Below are positions 24,401 through 39,400 of a stretch of 64,000 nt of DNA, one piece after another. Source of the stretch: Somniosus microcephalus (taxonomy: Eukaryota); NCBI GenBank assembly GCA_052327205.1, contig CM126212.1, positions 60,636,001 to 60,700,000 of the forward strand, given 5' to 3'. The notes below the pieces were generated by a model, which had not been told where the DNA came from, searched no databases, and saw only the letters and a list, made by a program, of their open reading frames with translations. Position numbers and translations under genes: made by a program. Positions within the stretch are counted from its first letter, which is position 1, and each line of letters starts with the position of its first letter.

Positions 24401-27400
24401 AAGTTGGACAGGAAGTTTGTGCATACACAAGGTACATTATGTAGACTGGAACCTCATCAGGTCTTTAAAAGCGCTGTGGGGGGTGTGGGAGGGTTTGCTT
24501 TTTCCTCATACCAAAACAATTTCCATTATAGATCAAAATCATCTTTCTCCCTTTTCTTCCCTCCCCTGCATCCAGAAGTCCACAAGCACAAGTACTAGAA
24601 TTTTCTTTGCAGAGGTGAGGGGGGGGGGGGGGGTAGAAAGAAAAAACCCCACAGAAAACATTGACAGTGAGCTGGAGTGAGCACCCTACCAATGTTTCCA
24701 CCCCTCTCTAGCCCAGGGATACCACCTTCCCTTGAAGAAGACTGCGGCCTCCAAGCACCGCCTTTCAAAAGGATACAGTTAAGTTGGGAAAAACAACCAT
24801 GTCGCACCATCTATTAGTACTCCAAATTACTGTTCCGCTGATCTTTATTTTACATTTCAGGAAAGTTAACAAATCTATCCACCCAGCATGCACCACAGTT
24901 GGAAGTCCATCTTCATGGCTTACCCAACCACTAAGAAAATAAATCTCAGGAGGAGGAATCAAAATGCCCAGAGACTTGGCACTACATGCATGACAAAGCT
25001 GTTGGTGCAGCTGAATTTTTAATTTTTTAAATAGGAACTCAATCTCATTTAAATTAAAACAGCACTACATTATAATGCCAAGCATAATTGCTTACTGCAA
25101 CATAGATCAGTTTTGTTTTTAATCACCTCGCTTTGGGATAGAAATCACAGTATCATCATCTTGTTGTGAAACACAGATTGTAGTATCTGGTATTTCTGAA
25201 AGCAGATCAGCCAGTTCACACACACCATAGTCCGTGACATCCCAGTCCTTCGAAAAACACCTAACAGAATCAAAACATGTAGAAAAATCAAATAATATAG
25301 TTTTGTGGTCCACACGGTACAAATCTTATTTCACTGTTACTTGCATTACGTACTGTAATTTAGGAATAGTCCCATGCAAGATTGTTCAGAGTTACCAACT
25401 GCCACACAAAAGTCATTTAGGAAAATGTCATTCTAATATTTGAAGAATCATACAATATACCAGGAGGTGCGAGATCAGGTGTGCCAACTTATCTGCTGGT
25501 TTCTCTTGAATACCAAGCGAGTGCTCCACGCGTGCACCTCAGTCCTAATAATGACGCTTCATGATAATGTGTAGATGTCAGCTGTGGCTCAGTTGGTAGC
25601 ACACTCGCCTCCGAGTCAGAAAGTTGTGGGTTCAAGTCCCACTCCAGGGATTTGAGCACATAAAGCTAGGCTGACACTCCAGTGCAATGCCGAGGGAGTG
25701 CTGCACTGGCGGAGGTGCCGCCTTTCGGAGGAGATGTTAAACCGAGGCCCCATCTGCTCTCTCAGGTGGACGTAAAAGATCCCATGGCACTATTTCGAAG
25801 AAAAGTAGTAGGGGAGTTATCCCCGGTGTCCTGGCCAATATTTCTCCCTCAACCAACATAACAAAAAGAGATTATCTGGTCATTATCACATTGCTGTTTC
25901 TGGGAGCTTGCTGTGCGCAAATTGTCTGCCGCGTTTCCCACATTACAACAGTGACTACACTCCAAAAGTACTTCACTGACTGTAAAGCGCTTTGAGACGT
26001 CTGGTGGTCGTGAAAGGTGCTATATAAATGAAAAGCTTTCTTTCTTCAGGCATCACGACTGGGTGGGGCAGGCCTGATAGGACCAGATAGTCTCTTCTGT
26101 ATGTTCAGAACTGTCATGCTCTTCCTATGAATACCCTAGCCAACAAAGTCTAGGCTCACGGTCTATGGAGAACTGTCAATTGAACAAAGTACAGGAGGAT
26201 ACTTACGCCCCAGCATGAGCCAACATCGAGAAAATTAAAAGGTATATTGAGAGGGACTGAAATTTTAGCCATCATTGCTAGTCAATGACAGATTGTACAG
26301 TGAAAAAAACTGTTTGTATTTTCTACCTAGCTGAAAATAGGCATGGGCCCACAACACTGAACTGCCCAGACTTGGCACACTCCCTCAGAGGTCAGCAGAA
26401 TGGCTATGGGAAGAAATAATTCATTATTGTGCAGTGGAAGATTATCTTGTTAGGCTGGGGAAGACAGAGGCTACTTGATGATGACACTAGGTGCCAAAAA
26501 TGGAAAATTCCATTCCTCATTTAAGAAATGATCACAGAAAAATAACCAATGCCTAAATGACTAAGCTGAATTGTGGTACTTTAAGATCACACTTACCAAT
26601 GGTACGCTTGTCCAAATTCTCTTATGAAGACCTGTTTGCTGGCCTGAGATTTGAGAAGTTTAAGTAGATCTTGGGTAAAGCGCTTTACTTGTGCTCGATG
26701 AGTTAACATAAGTAGGCGTTTAGTGCCCAAGCCAAGGATCTGTAACAAATCATATGGAGAAATGATGGAGACAGATTGCAGTGAAGTGGTCAGTATCCCA
26801 GAGGACAGACCAGAAAGCACATGACTTCTTCATTGACAAGTTATGGTCGGTACTATTCCAGGAACATACGTCACATCACATGGGTTTTTGTAATATTTTA
26901 TTTATGCAATTACCCAACTCCATCAAAATTAGCTTAACAAAAGGAGTCTAATGATATCACTTTTCAATCTCCTTTCAGTTTAATCAGATTATGTGGCGTG
27001 GCCTTGGAGTCTTCAAAGCACAAGTACTTTCTTCAAAACAAATTTTCAAAGGAAAAAAAACCCAATTATTAAGAGTGTGACCTCACCTTCTTGTAATATG
27101 AAAAACATTTTACAGAAACTCCAATTGTGGGGAGATTTATTTCATCTGGTAGAACATTGGTTAATGTGTTTGTACAAAACTCATTGCAGTGTTATTTTAA
27201 TGCAGTTTAAGTCTGTTAACAGCTGCTTAACATGTGAAAGGCAGCTTTAGAAACAGGTTGGCCAGTTGCAGTATCAGTGGAAATTAAACCATGAAGATTA
27301 AAACCCTATTAAAACAATGGACTTTAGGTAGCATAACATAGTTTTATTAGAAAATTTACCCAAGCTAAATACAGGAAGCTTTGGTTTATCCGGAGGTTAA

Positions 27401-30400
27401 CTGTCCGGAATGCTCGAGTCACCGGCAAAATTCAGGAGTCGGTTCAGTAAGTTTTTTTTCTTTTCGTTGCGTTTTTTTCACCAGTCAGTCTCTGCAAGGT
27501 CTAGCTAAAGCTGTTGCTTAGCTAGAGACACTTGCAAGCCACGGCCGACTGTTTAGAAGCTGTTGCAACAGGGTTTGTTGCTAGATACGGAGCTCAAAAG
27601 CTTCCGTATGTTTTAACATTAGCGCTGGTTTGTCCGGCAGTTTTGATGGGACGGCAACAGCTCGGTCCCGTCGGTGCCGGATTTCACAAAGTTTTCTGTA
27701 TGATTAGACATGGCTTGTGTGCCCTAGTTAGTGACTGTGTCCCATGTCTCCCTCGTCAAGTCTTTGGAACAATTTGGTTCACTGTCTGGTAGTGATTTCT
27801 CTTGTCCCCTCCCCCAATTAATTTCTTCTCCCTGTTTTGTATTTGAATATCTTAGCTATAAATTCTAGGCTTGACCAGAATCAGCTCAATAATTATGTAT
27901 GTCCTAGGATGGTTCAGGCTGTAAAAGGATGTGGGGGATTGGACAGAAAAAAAGTTAAATGGCTGTTACAACCAGGGGAAAAAAGTGACCAGTGGCAGGC
28001 AGGAGCAGGGTTGTGCCAAGGTCAGTGGAAAGAAATTTCAGGAAAAAGTACAAAGGCTGGCAGAGCAGAAAAGGGTCACAGAGACACCAAGGCAGTAGTA
28101 CCGGGATAGCAGAAATAAAGGCTGGGAAAAGCTGTTACAGCCAGTAGGAATGAAGAGGCTTTCAGAGCGCCAGAACAAGACAGGAGCTCCATCACGACAA
28201 ACACTGCAGCAGTTCCATGGAAAAGGCCAACCACCACCTCCTCAGGGTAGGTAGAGATGGACAATAGATAAGGCCTTACCAGCACCACCCACATCCTACG
28301 ACAGGGACACAGGAAGAAAGGGTAATGTGAACAGGAAGCGTGGGCATTCACAAGACTTAATAGATAGAAACTTAATCCAAGTTCACGATCATCCCAATAA
28401 TAGTCATAAAGCAGTTCGATTCCCTTCCAAATATAAAACTGTCTAAAATTTGTTCAAAATATCTTTTTTGGATACTTGTAATTTTTTTCGCCTTCCCCAA
28501 ATTGAGATTTAAAAGCTCAAATTACAAAATGCAACTTTTGCCTGTACATCTTAAGAATCTAGTTCTTTGAATTGTAGAATGGCGTTTGTTTAGAAACACG
28601 AAATAGTAATGCACTCTTAATTGTTAAAGACAAATCATTGCTTTCATTAAAACACTAAGAAGCTAGTAGGCATTTGCAAAACTGTACCTACTGGTAGAAA
28701 AAGCCTAGTACTGTGGTTCATGGCGAAAAATGATTTTCTTTCCACAACTCACCTGCAAAACATGAGGCACTGCTTCCAGCAGCTCCATTAGTTTGGAATA
28801 GCCATAGTCTGAAACTCTGCACTGCTTCCCAAAATGGTGATGGTAGGTTGGTATAAATTTGTGTTGAGATATGAAGCAGCGAATCTGGTTCTTCAGAAGA
28901 TCGATTACTTCTCTACTAAACTGAATAAGCTGAGGATTTCCTACGGGGCTCTTACAGCGTAGCAACCAGGGATCTATAGAATAGAATACAGGTGAACACT
29001 GATTTAGCACTTCAGGTTAGTGAGCAGGAAAAAGGACTGTAAGCAAATCATTACTCGTTTTGATGAACTGTTCCTTAGTAATACCTCAATATTTGGGCTA
29101 TAAATACGAGGAGTTACCAGAATCAGCTCAATCATTTTCATTATGAAACTAGTAGCAGCATTTCACTAATCCAGACCTGGTCAACATGCATTAATTTTTA
29201 TGTGAGATGCTTGACATTTTATATAGAATTTAAAACACATAGCAGCTAATAAATTCTGCAGTTGTAACAAAAATTATACCATAAAAAGCTAAGAGACACC
29301 CTAGTACCCAAAATGATGTCATGATCCAGCCAATTCGAGCAAAAAAATGCTTCATCCAACACTGCATCTAACCACAGCTTGAATGATTCCATAGTTTGTC
29401 GCCATTACCCTACCCAGGTATTAATCATTCTGTATGAAGTTCATCCTAGCAGTCATGAACTTGCCTTTCACCAGTATTCCTATCTTCCCTTGCCTTGCAC
29501 AAGTGCTCTTGATTAACCACTTTTTATCTTACATGTTTCTACAAGGCCCTCTCTCTATTTGCTTTCAAGGGTGAAGAGTCAGAGCTTTTCTCATCTTTTC
29601 CCACATAACTCAAGTCTCCTGCCACTTGGGATAAACTTTATAGTATTTTGCTGAACCATTTTCTTGGTCATGAAATATTTTCCTTGTGTTTTGAGGACTA
29701 GAACAGAATGCAGCATTCAAGGTGTTGACTGGTCAAGGTGCTATATATACAGCTTCAGCATGATGGTCGTAAAGCCTGATTTTGATAATTGAACACTGTT
29801 TGCTTTGGTGATTGCTGCTTTGCAATGACAGGATATGGAAACTCAAATCATAACCATTTAATTGTACAATAAAGGCTTCACACTTTAAATATATGCTGGA
29901 AGTCAGGAACAAGGGAATATTTGTCATAGCAATCCAACGTTGGTGTGCCAAATACAGTAGCTTTTACTGGGAAGGTGGTAACTGTAATTATTCATAATAG
30001 ATAAAAGTTGTTCCATGGTGGACAAGCACCACTGTTCTTTTCTCCACTTTACCTCACAAAAACCCCTTCTAAATGTAGGTTTGTTGCATGGAGATTATGC
30101 CACATGCTGCCAGTGTTTTTAAATTAAACATCCATTAGTTTATTTCTGATTCAATTCAATGTCAGCTAACTATATATCTATACATTAAATGACATCTATC
30201 TGCTTATCTTCCATTATAAATTACTATATGTCCACACATATAATGAAAACTTAACATGCTGCAATTGCACTCTCCTTGTCATGGGATATTGCAGTGCCAC
30301 CACTGGCAGAAGAGTGCAATTATAATGCAACAAGTTTCCATAGCAAATTTCTGTTATAAATGTGGGACATGAAAACTTATATTGGAAATATAAAGATAAT

Positions 30401-33400
30401 ATACATGACTAAGATGGGGATTGAATTATGTCTGTCCGCCTTCTTCCAATTAGCTTCCATGCTCTAACCCAGCTTTACCTAAAAGACCACTCTTGGTTTC
30501 GACTTCCTGTGTGCAATGCACAGCAGATTGACTAGCCTTTAAAAGATTTGATAAGGTTACGATTTCACTTAGATACAAGACAATAATAATGCATTAAAAC
30601 AGTTGCACAATTTGTAGAAGTACTTACTAGACTGAAAATTACAACTTTATTTCAAATAAATCAGAATAACCATAGCAATTATGTTCACACTTTGATAGGT
30701 TACAGATTAATCCAGGTTTTTCCCCATTGCTTGCTTTAAGTGGAAAATTTGTGTCAGCTTACCAGCATTAGGTGGTGGTGGCTTGTTATGTACCCATTTG
30801 ACAACTTTAATGCCATTCTGTGCAGTAACAATGTTAACACCAGGGACACAGGTTATGAGGTGCTCCAAAGGAACACCACCTTCTCCCTCCTCCACTATCC
30901 TCAGAACAGTGAACTCTGCAGCATAACAGTCGAGAAAGCTACAGAAAAGAAAGTCAGAATTTAATTTTTTAAAGATAAAAATAATCACATTGAAAATAGT
31001 ATTTATATATGGTAATAAGGATACAACCAAAACAAAATCAAAAGTACATTAATTAAATGAATTACTTATATACAACAAAGGAGGCTTAAAAAGCTCATGT
31101 GAATACTGGAACACAGGCCGTGATCGGAGGAGAACAAAAAAAAAGGATCTTTTATCATAATGCGAGTTAATTTTCATTTACACTATGAAAATTACCCTAC
31201 AAGAGATAGGTATCCTTTTATGTAAGTCAGGGCCAATATGATCTCCTGGACTAGTTTTGATCACCTATGGGCAAAGAGGGGTTTTCCATTCTTTTGACCC
31301 CACTGGCCTGGGTTTTCACCTCTCCTAGGCGATTACATAACTGCGGTCAAGTGGGGTGTATAAGTATTGTGATGCACAAGGCATCACAACTGTGTGGGAT
31401 AGGCTGAATAGACCAGCAAGTCTTTTTCTGCCCATCATTTTTACATATTTGTAATTCAACTCCCCCCGCCCTGAACAGCTCAGCGTGTAACTGAGTTGGG
31501 GAGTCAGTGATGGGAGGTCAACTACAAAATCACCACCGAGGAGATGGATTAGGAGAAATTTCTTTACGTAGGTCTGGTGGAGCATGGAATGGTTAAGGGA
31601 GAGAGACCACTGCATCTTCTAAGGAAAAAATTAGATAAACATTTGAAGCAAAGGAAGATAAAAGGCTATAGGGAGAAACTGGGGCAGTGGAGTGAGTCTT
31701 GGACGGCTCCAGCACACACATGATGGGCCAAGTGGCCTCCTGTGCTATAAACTTCTACGGTTGTATGAAAGGTACAGTTCAGGAAATTCAGGTTAGGGAA
31801 GATTCCTGGGATAGGGAAGGCTGTGGGAAAAAGTCAGCAAGCTTCCAGTTCCTGAAAAAGTGATCCAGTGATTCCCCCGTTGAAATAAAATATACGTGCA
31901 TGAATAGTGGATGATGACATGACTGGGCTGAGCAACAATGCCCAATTATTTTGGCACCGTGGTGGTATTAAATATATTGTTGTCCACTTTCTATACAGGA
32001 AAACAGTAGTTTACTTCATTCAGCACATTTTCTGTTTTATTTAACAAAGTGATCTGCTGACACTACTGGTCAGTCAGGGAACTGCAGCAGAAAGTTTAAA
32101 CACCAGTTCATCAAGGTTGAAGCAATGACAATCTCAAAAATACATTTATTGGAGAAATAAGAATTGAGGCAAAGAATTGCAGGCAGCTTTTTAAATACTT
32201 AGAGCAAGTTTGAACATGTTTGAGTTTCAGATAATTAAGATATTGGGTTATTTCAATTGCCTGCTATGCCATTTTGTCAATGCTAGGGTTTCAAACAATT
32301 TAAAATGGAATGCACTCTGCACACTAACATTACTCCCATACCCCATTAAGAACTGCAATTAATTTATTTTATTACTTTCACAAAAAAACTGCAAGTGCTG
32401 GAAATCTGTATAGATGCAAAATGTTAACTTGTCTTTTCTCTTTATAGATGTTGATGGACCTGCTGTATATTTCTAGCATTTTTTAAAATTTCAGCTTCTC
32501 TAACTTAGTAACTTCATAACTCAGTCCTTTGTTTGTTCAAAATTTAGCTAGTGCCTACATGTAGCTTCAACATTAAAAACTCACAGAGAACCTAATAAGT
32601 TGCTGCCCATTTTAATATGTATGTATGTAATATTCCAGTACCAACTAGGATTGCAAACCCTCCTGGATTGGGCCATGATTCTCCTGGGTGCTGCAGTTAG
32701 TCATCGGGAGATCTTTGTGCTTTAAATTTCCCACCGCAGCAGCCCCACCCTCTCGCGCTGTGACATCATGGGCTGCCACTACAGAGAAGGCTCCGGCTCA
32801 GTGACATCACCTCCACACAACAGCAGAGAGCCGGGACCAAGCAGGAGAAAGCGAGAGAGACTGGGAATGAGGGCTTAGGCGGAGGGAGACTGCAATGGGG
32901 ACCAGCATTTTCTGCAGGGCTGGGAGCAGGAGGCGCAGCAGCAATGTGATGAGTGGAAGCAGTGTCGAGGGGGCAGCCAGTAAAAAATAAGGGGGGGGTG
33001 GAGAGGAGCAGGGAAACCAGGGGACGAATATAGAGGATTTTCACTGGAAGAACCAATGGGCAAGTGAGAAGGAAGTTTCTTGGAATGGAGGGCTATTAGA
33101 CCAGGGAATGCTGCACAAGTAGCTCTTGATGTAGAGACTAGATCATTTAAAGAGGATGGGATAAATATTTGTAAAGGAGGAATATCAAAGGATCTGGGGA
33201 AATGGGGTTACAGGAAAGAGCGCCAGTATCAGCAGACACTGGGGGACAAACGGCCTCCTCCTGTACTGTATTTTCTATCATTCTATGAAAACTCTCCTTT
33301 ATTGAGTTCGAGCCCAGGGAGTGGTTTAGAAATATTGATGCTGAGCTAAGTTCAGAACAATGTGCCCCGTGAGAGGTGCCCCAAACGCCGATCCCGCTGC

Positions 33401-36400
33401 CCCTGATGTAATCTCGGTTTGGTTCAGGTTGGCCTGTGCCAGGCTGTTTTGATGTGTGAAGTCCAAGTACAGATCGGCTCTGACTGAGGCTCCCAGTTTA
33501 GAGTTGTCACCTTCATACAGAGCCAGAGTCCAAGGAGATAAGAGAGCTTGGGCCTATTGAAAGTGGCATCGACCAGGGAGCCAGACCACAACTTGTGCAG
33601 GGTGATTTCAGCTGTCATTTGAGGAGAAACTCAGTGGGCTATAGGATTACTACTAGTTACTACAGGTAGGATATTTGGATGTTATGCCTATTACTTCCAG
33701 TTACATATAGACGATATGAGTTATTATATTACTGTTGGTTATGAAGGGAATCTGTGTGTTACCAGCATTAGTAGTTATTGATTCAATTTCAATTAGTTAC
33801 TATTAGCTACTGGTGGAATTTAAAGCTAAAAAAAAGGGTGGGTTTGGAGTGTGGGGGTAGTTAAATTGTTAAAAATCAGCTTTCTGACCCGAACCCGCCC
33901 ACTTCTGGTTTTAACGGCGGTGGGACGGGGGTGCAGGCAGCCAACCCGCTCCCAGGAGGCGGGATGTCAATTTAATTATGAGACTGTTAGCCTCTTCTTC
34001 AACCTCCAATTTATTTTTAACTGCATCTGGTCAGGTTTCACACACTTCGTAAAACCCGGCACTCACAGCAAGGCGGGGACTGCTGCATCCAAGAGGTAAG
34101 TGCCTTTACACTTAGCTCCTGGATCCAGGGTCCTTACCTAAGCCACCCCCTCACGAGGCCTATGATCGCCTTCCTGGACATAACACCACCGCCCCCCACC
34201 CCCGCCCTGAGCGATGATCCGTAGGCCGGCCCCAACCTCATGCCTCCACACCCCCTCCCCATCATCCCCGGTCCCTCGATGGCCCCGATCACTTGCTTCC
34301 TCCCCCACTCCATCCCAAAACTACCCCGATCTCTTGCCCCAACCCCCCTGCCACCGGCCCGATCTCTTGCTCTCTTCCCCCCCAACCGTCCCATGGCGGC
34401 CCCAATCTCTTGCCTCCCACACCACGACAGCCCCGATCTCTTGCCTCCCTCTGCACCCCTCCAATCTTTCACCTCCCCACCCCCCCCCCCGAACCGCATC
34501 CCACGACAGCCCCGATCTCTTGCAGCCACCCCCCCCCCCCCACCCCGCAACACCCTCGATGGCCCTGATCTCTTGTCCCCATTTCTCCCCCGCCCCCCGG
34601 TGGCCCCGATCTCTTGCCTCCCCCTCCTGGTCCCTTGACGGCCCCAATTTCTTGCCTCCCCACCAACGATCCTCTGGAGCCCGACATCGGCCCCCACCCG
34701 ATCCCTCCCTCCTCTGTGCGGCCTAGTGGCACAGGCCTACCCGCCCGCAGCCAGCCAGCCTCTCCATCTGGCGGCTGCTGGCAGGAAACGGAGGCTTCAG
34801 ATGCAAATCAGGCCCTGCCGTTAAAAGTCGGCAGGGCCTGCGAAAACCTTTTCTCCTACCCGCATCGGAGCCCCCCCCCCCCCCCCCCCAACTAAAATCC
34901 AGCCCACAGTTCCTAATACCTCTTTCCCACCCTCGGTTCCCCTTCCTCGCCTGTTCCCGGATGGCCTCCTAGTTATCAGTCAGAACTTCTCGTACAACAG
35001 CTGCTGGCGCGCAACCATGAGCAAAGATACTCAGCTACAGGGGGCCCAATCTTTATATGGTAAATGCAACATTTGCAGACATCGCATGATCAGAACGTCA
35101 CGTGGTCAACCTACAGTAATGCCTCCAAACCAGAGTTGGCAACCCTAGTACAGGAAACTTTGGTATCCGGCACTGATGGGACCGAGCTGGTGCCGTACCA
35201 TCAAAACTGCCGTAGAAACCAGCGCTAATGTTAAAACATACGGAGCTTTTGAGCTCCGTGTGAATCAACAAACCCTGTTGCTTAGCAACAGCTTCAAAAC
35301 AGTTGGCCGCAGCTTAAAGGCGTCTCTGTAGCTAAGCAACAGCTTCAGCTAGACCTTGCAGAGCCTGACTGGAAAAAAAAAAAGCAACGAGAAGTAAAAA
35401 AACTTATAGGAAACAGCTCCTGAATTTTGCCGGTAGATAGAGCTTTCCAGACATTTAACCTCCGGTTAAACAAAAGTTTCCTGTACCTAGAAAGATGGGA
35501 TTTTACTAGCCCACATCAAACAGCCTTTTCAGTGCATTTCTGCAACTGAATGAAGGATTATATAGTGATATAACCACACAATGAATAAATACAAAATTGT
35601 GGTAATAAAGCTAACAAAGTAGATTTTCACTTGAATTGTTTCTGTATTGTAGCATGACTTTGTACAGTGGTCCAGCAGACCAGGGCTATTAGAGTACAGG
35701 GCCAATAGAGTACAGGAGTTCTGAACAGTTTATGCACATCACAAGGCAGACCTTGGAAACGCTGTCGCTTTTCTCCTCAATCCCACCAATAAATTACATA
35801 ATGCAAAGAAAAGAATAGAGTACTATTTAAAAGGCAAGCACTCACCTGAGGAGGGGCACAGTACCCTCATGTGTATGTAACAGGCTATGAACCTGTGGTG
35901 CAAATGTTTTTAGGGACAATATTATGAATGGTATTTTATAAGAATCTGGATCAAATTCATTTTCACTGCAACAGAAAAAGGAAACAAAATGTTATTCCAA
36001 GGAACGCACCTTCTGCATTCATCTACCTCAAATCAGGTACTGAAACAATTGCCCTCGTTAGCACATTAACACATCTCTTAACTACTTTTTGAAGTGCAGT
36101 GACTTGGGCAAATGTGTCATATTATAGGCACGAAAATAGATAATATTCATTATTTTCAGGCAATTGTTACAGGCAGCAAAAGCTGTCTTGATGCTTATTC
36201 TTAACAGTTTAACATAAAATAGACCATCTATCGACAGGATGTGGACAACTACCAACAGAAACACGATTCCTACCTACAGCCATTATCGGAGCAGTGCTGT
36301 TTGCAGATTGGTTCATGGTATTCTAGTTCTTCAAATATCACTGGGCTGCAGTTGGCTGATGAACCATCATATGACAATACAGAACCCAATGGGCTCTGCC

Positions 36401-39400
36401 TAGCCTGACTGGACAGGAGACAAACCATTCGTCCATTTACTTGGTCACGAATAGCCACCGTGTCCGTTAATTTGTATAAGTCAGACACAATCAATTTGTG
36501 TCCAAATCTGGAGGGAGGTTAAAAAAAGTTACTAAACAGTTATGACATTTTCTGAAGAGCTTTAACCAGTTTCTGTGCTATAATCTATTTATGTATAAAA
36601 ATACACGTGCACTTAGTACCTGGAATATAAATAGACCTGAACCGAGCAATATAATTTTACTAAAAGTAAATACGTAACAAAGGTAAGAAACTTTCCATTT
36701 TGCCAAACACAATTTGATACATTTCATATAAACCGTCAGTGTGAATCACCACAACTTCAACCAATTCTCTACTTTAGAACTGCTGTATTTAGACACTTCA
36801 CACTAGTACCATCTACATCCAGTATCACAGAACTGAAGAGGTGAGAACATTCCTTTGTGTGCAACAGCAGCTGGCAAATTCAGTGTATAAATGTACCTTT
36901 CTACAATAGAATAGCTAAAAGATAGTCATAATATCTCTATAACCAATTTAACAGCTAATTTTCACTTTCCTCAGAATCCCAACTCCTTTATACTATGGCA
37001 TACAGTCCAGTGGGAGAAGGGGGTACCCGACTCCAAAACCAGTAGAGGGATAAAGCAAGTATCAACTGCTTAATTTGTTCCCCCTTCCCTCACATACTTC
37101 TCAAATCAAAGGGGTGAACACATTGCCACAGAATAATTGGTATAATAAATGAAGATAATGTGCGAACAGCCCACAGAACTACAATCTCTACCTTTTCTCA
37201 TAAATCTCGGTGAATTTGAACAGTGGCAAGCAACATGCTGGGGCATCCTGCAGGATGGACATGGCCTCAGAGCTGTAATCAAAAGTAAAGAAATCATAGA
37301 GCAAGGCATTCATTCATGACGTTTCTGAATCATATACAAGTCATCAATACCAAGTAGTTTTGTAAGATTTCTTTTTGAACTATGATGTAATACTTAGAGG
37401 CACAACTAGCAAGCCAAGATCAGGTGAAGGGACCAATCCTTTCTTCTGATATTTTATTTAAATTAACAAAACTCCAAATTTCACAGGGCTTAATCTTTCT
37501 TCCAGTGTACAGATTACTGGCGTTTTTGTTACTACTCCATACCATCAGATGCTTTTCTCATAGAAACACTCAAATTAAAAAGAAATTGTCTTAATTTGCT
37601 TATCTATAAATAGCAAATTGTGGTCTTCTCACGTAATAAATTACAACACTTGCTTTTGTTAGATTAGGTCAATGTTGCAATGAAAAAGGAATAGTTTTTG
37701 AATTGGTTGAAAAAAAACATGCAAGTGTGGCCATGTCATCGAGTCCCAAGCACATTTTATAGTGGTTGCAACTCCATTGATTCAACACCACAAAATGTGT
37801 GTTCACCAAGGTGAAGAATGTTTTGGTCACACAAGAATGCAATATATAGCATTTATTTATGGGTATTTTGTGCTGTATACTTGTGCCCAAAAGAACTACT
37901 TGCAGCATCTTTAAAAAAAAAAAAACTACAATTTCATGCAGGACCTTTACAGCTAGCAGAGATTTATCAGATTAGTATGCAACGGGTTCAGGCCCAAAAA
38001 GTGAACGATACTGAGCCATTCATTTACCCCTAGAATTCAGGTTTGAAATAGACACAAAATTCACGAGTAGGGGGAAGAGGGTGGGGTATAGTGGCTGCAT
38101 CAATGTGCAAGTGACATTACGGCAAGAATAAAAAGGTTGTACAAATGCATTAAGTAGCACCTCCACCAGCCCCCCATCCACCAGCAGTACACAAAGCTGT
38201 GAAGATGTGACTTGAGTACTTGTGTTTTATGGTAGCACCTCAGTGGGTACCAGTATTTTTTGGACTTGTGCAAATAGTTACACTGATTATTCACATTACA
38301 CTTGAGGCGCTGGGGCCGACGAGCTCAGTCAGTAGATTATAAAACTCTTAATGTTAGGATCATGGGTTCGAGCCCAACGTTGGGCGGCTTGTATTCAAAT
38401 ATTTATTCATCTGCCGTCCGGACACGCCTTGGCGTGCCAGCTTGCTGTCCGGCGGAGGTCCCCAATGGAGGGCTCTACGTGGGAGTCCTCCCTTTTTCTA
38501 TTGGGGACTTGGCCTGGAGGGTGTTGCATGGAACAGTCCTGTGCAATATGGTTTTAAATAGGTTCACGGACTCCCAGGCCACCTGCCTTTTCTTTGGCCT
38601 GCAGGAGTCCGTGTTTCATGTTTATACAGAGTGAGAGAGGTTGCAGCCCCTCTTTCACTACTTCCTCAATTTTTGGCTGCACTTCAGTCCCACGCTCCTG
38701 ATCTTTGATCACCCGGTGTAGAGGGGAGCGGGCAGATCGGAGGACCTCCTCGTAGGACTGCTCCTGGGCCTGGCCAAAATAGCCATTAACTGGTCCAGGC
38801 AGCGGGCAGTCGAGGGGGTCGTTCAGCCCGATTGCCTGCCTCTCTTACGCAGCCATGTTCGCACCCGGTGGCCCTGGAGCATGCGGTGTCCGCCGGCACG
38901 CTTACGGCCTTCCGCGACCGGTGGGCGCCGCGGGGACTGGAGTGCATCATCACCCCGGCCAATGAAATTTTAATTTAATTTGTTAAGGTTCTTTTAAAGT
39001 TTTATTAGTTAGTCCATTTGTTTAATCACCCAAAACCAGAAGAGTACACTTGAATCAGACAGCAGGGCTTTGTGTACACTCACCTCAGTCACATGCACAG
39101 CTCTGCTTTCTAACCTTCAACTGCCAATTAAGTTTTTAAAGTTAGAAAGCTGACAATCATTAGTTCTTCACTAATCATTAAAAACTAAAAGGTTAAAAAG
39201 GACATTAAATAAGTTTTAATCTTCACTTCAAATATAGCATGACACCATCTCCTCCTCCACCCCCAAATATTCAAAATTTGGCAAATATGGTTGTAAAGAT
39301 TGTTATAAATCTCATCATGAAGAAACGACTCATGAAACAACACTGGACGGCCAGCTGGTGGCGCTGTCCAAGGAGTATAAATACTCGGGCGTGGCCCAGC

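Noticed and set aside
34134-34895. Overlapping Pro/Gly/Arg-rich ORFs on both strands
   Set aside because: Artefact of the GC-rich minisatellite in MITE B; the same applies to 5409-5927 and 58421-58882.
38314-38386. Functional tRNA-Lys gene
   Set aside because: About 13 substitutions, including U8, G18 and stem-breaking changes; fused to a LINE fragment.
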